64,000 bases of DNA from Squalus acanthias (Eukaryota). Every line of letters begins with the position of its first letter. Within the stretch, counting starts at the first letter, position 1. Positions 62,255 to 64,000 of this stretch are shown one piece after another. Position numbers and translations under genes: made by a program. The DNA is taken from positions 109,618,001-109,682,000 of the forward strand of contig CM059432.1 of assembly GCA_030390025.1 (NCBI GenBank), given 5' to 3'. The notes below the pieces were generated by a model. It saw only the letters and a program-made list of their open reading frames with translations. It was not told the DNA's origin and ran no database searches.

Positions 62255-62580
62255 CCAAAGGGGTGAGGTGAGGCTAGGAATTGGGAGGTGTGCCTCATGC
62301 TTGGTACAGATTGTTGGTAGGTGAGTGATTTGGGGGGAGGGGGAGTCATGCATTGAGAAGTGTGTGAGGCTAGTGGTGCAGTTGGAGACGGCTTTTGAAG
62401 ATGCATTCACTGACCTTGACCACGGGTCTGAGGTCATGAAGCTTCTTTGGGCTCTGGAGCCAGGTGGCGGGGGTGGCACTTCTGGCAGTGGCGGTCTTGG
62501 TGATCTGGTCCCACATCGTTCTTTCTGGCAGGCCTCCTGGCCCCTATGGATAGAGAATCTCTCTTGCAGTGTTGACCCCC
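62255..62580 (-). pseudogene. decayed Harbinger Myb exon 1 fragment
   Basis: ..MWDQI....TWLQSPKKLHDL..VKVS ending at a GTCAGT donor. Confidence 0.55.
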
Positions 62581-62589
62581 TGTATAAAG

Positions 62590-63052
62590 ACTGGACTGGA
62601 GAATTTTAGCTACGAGGAAAGATTGGATCGGCTGGGTTTGTTTTCTTTCGAACAGAGGAGGCTGAGGGGAGACCTTATTGAGGTGTATAAAATTATGAGG
62701 GGCCTAGATAGAGTGGATAAAAAGGACCTTATTTCCCTTAGCAGAGGGGTCAAAAACCAGGGGGCATAGATTTAAAGTAATTGGTGGAAGGTTTAGAGGG
62801 GATTTGAGGGGAAATTTCTTCACCCAGAGGGTTGTGGGGGTTTGGAACTCACTGCCTGAAAGGGTGTTAGAGGCAGGAACCCTAACCACATTTAAAAAGT
62901 ACTTGGATGTGCGCTTGAAGTGCCATAACCTACAGGGCTACGGACCAAGAGCTGGAAAGTGGGATTAGGCTGGATAGCTCTTTGTTGGCCGGCGCGGACA
63001 CGATGGGCCAAAATGGCCTCCTTCCGTGCTGTAACTTTCTATGATTCTATGG
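62590..63052 (+). mobile_element. CR1/HER1 LINE 3' fragment
   Basis: [23 protein letters not shown]; tail TTCTATGATTCTATG. Confidence 0.92.
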
Positions 63053-63374
63053 AGTGCTGCATGCGAGACCCTGGGCACCCCTTCCCTGGCTTGCTGAGCC
63101 ATTTGTGTTAGTGCTGAAGCACTTTTTCCTTTTTTTTAGGTGCAGAAGGGAATTCAGCTTTAACAGCTGAAGACGACCATTTGGGAATTATTATAATGTA
63201 ATTTTTTTTCAGAAAGCAGTTGAGCTGTTAAGGGCTAAAAACTGCATATTTTTACATCGCTTTTATTTTTTTCATTTCAGAAGGCATTGCCCCTTTAAGA
63301 AAGCGGCAATCCTTTCTGAAATCACAGCCTCGCTTTCAGAAAGCATTTGAAAAAGTACCACATAATAGACTTGT

Positions 63375-63555
63375 TAACAAAATTGAAGCAGGATTAAAGG
63401 GGCAGTGGCTGCGTGGATACGAAATTGGCTAAGGGACAGGAAGCAGAGAGTAGTGGTGAACAGTTGTTTTTCGGACTTGAGGGAAGTGTGCAGTGGTGTC
63501 CCCCATGGCTCGGTGTTGGGAGCACTGCTCTTTCTGATAAAATTATGACCTGGAT
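63375..63555 (+). mobile_element. internal CR1 RT fragment
   Basis: WIRNWLRDRKQRVVVN..SGVPHGSVLG. Confidence 0.8.
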
Positions 63556-63557
63556 TT

Positions 63558-64000
63558 CATAGAATCATAGAATCATAGAAAGTTACAGCACAGAAGGAGA
63601 CCATTTCGGCCCATCGTGTCCCCACCGGCCAACAAAGAGCTATCCAGCCTAATCCCACTTCCCAGCTCTTGGTCCGTAGCCCTGCAGGTTACAGCATCCC
63701 AAGTGCACATCCAAGTACTTTTTAAATGTGGTCAGGGTTTCTGCCTCTACCACCCTTTCAGGCAGTGAGTTCCAGACCCCCACAACCCTCTGGGTGAAGA
63801 AATTTTCCCTCAAATCCCCTCTAAACCTTCCAATAATTACTTTAAATCAGTGCCCCCTGGTTTTTGACCCCCTTTGCTAAGGGAAATAGGTCCTTTCTAT
63901 CCACTTTATCTCTGCCCCTCATAATTTTATCCACCTCATAAGGTCTCCCCTCAGCCTCCTCTGTTCCAAGGAAAACAGACCCATACTATCCAGTCTTTCC
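63558..64000 (-). mobile_element. CR1/HER1 LINE 3' end running off the window
   Basis: nearly identical to 57175-57610. Confidence 0.93.

Overview
Vertebrate genomic DNA, almost certainly from a shark or ray: it contains an HE1-type V-SINE, HER1/CR1 LINEs with (ATTCTATG)n-type tails and shark-type Penelope ends. The window is a dense nest of mobile elements with no recognisable host protein-coding gene. (1) A full-length but pseudogenised provirus (8582-23334) has paired LTRs, a GCAC TSD and a tRNA-Arg-like PBS. Gag is separated from pro-pol by TGA-CTAG, Pol has two RNase H domains, and Env resembles a Mononegavirales/baculovirus F protein. This makes it lokiretrovirus-like, and its Env appears to carry an N-terminal immunoglobulin-like domain. 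(2) A minus-strand ERV remnant has an F-type env fragment and a gamma-type env in tandem before a single PPT/LTR. (3) The 5' end of a further related provirus lies at the left edge. (4) There are at least eight PIF/Harbinger elements or remnants with convergent transposase and Myb/SANT genes; one has an intact 3-exon Myb gene and one has its interior replaced by ~5.9 kb of GGT/GGC triplets. (5) Penelope elements carry minimal hammerhead ribozymes. (6) There are also CR1 LINEs, SINEs, a degenerate interstitial telomere tract and a diverged duplicated promoter-like block. Family assignments come from motif recognition by eye; no database searches were run.
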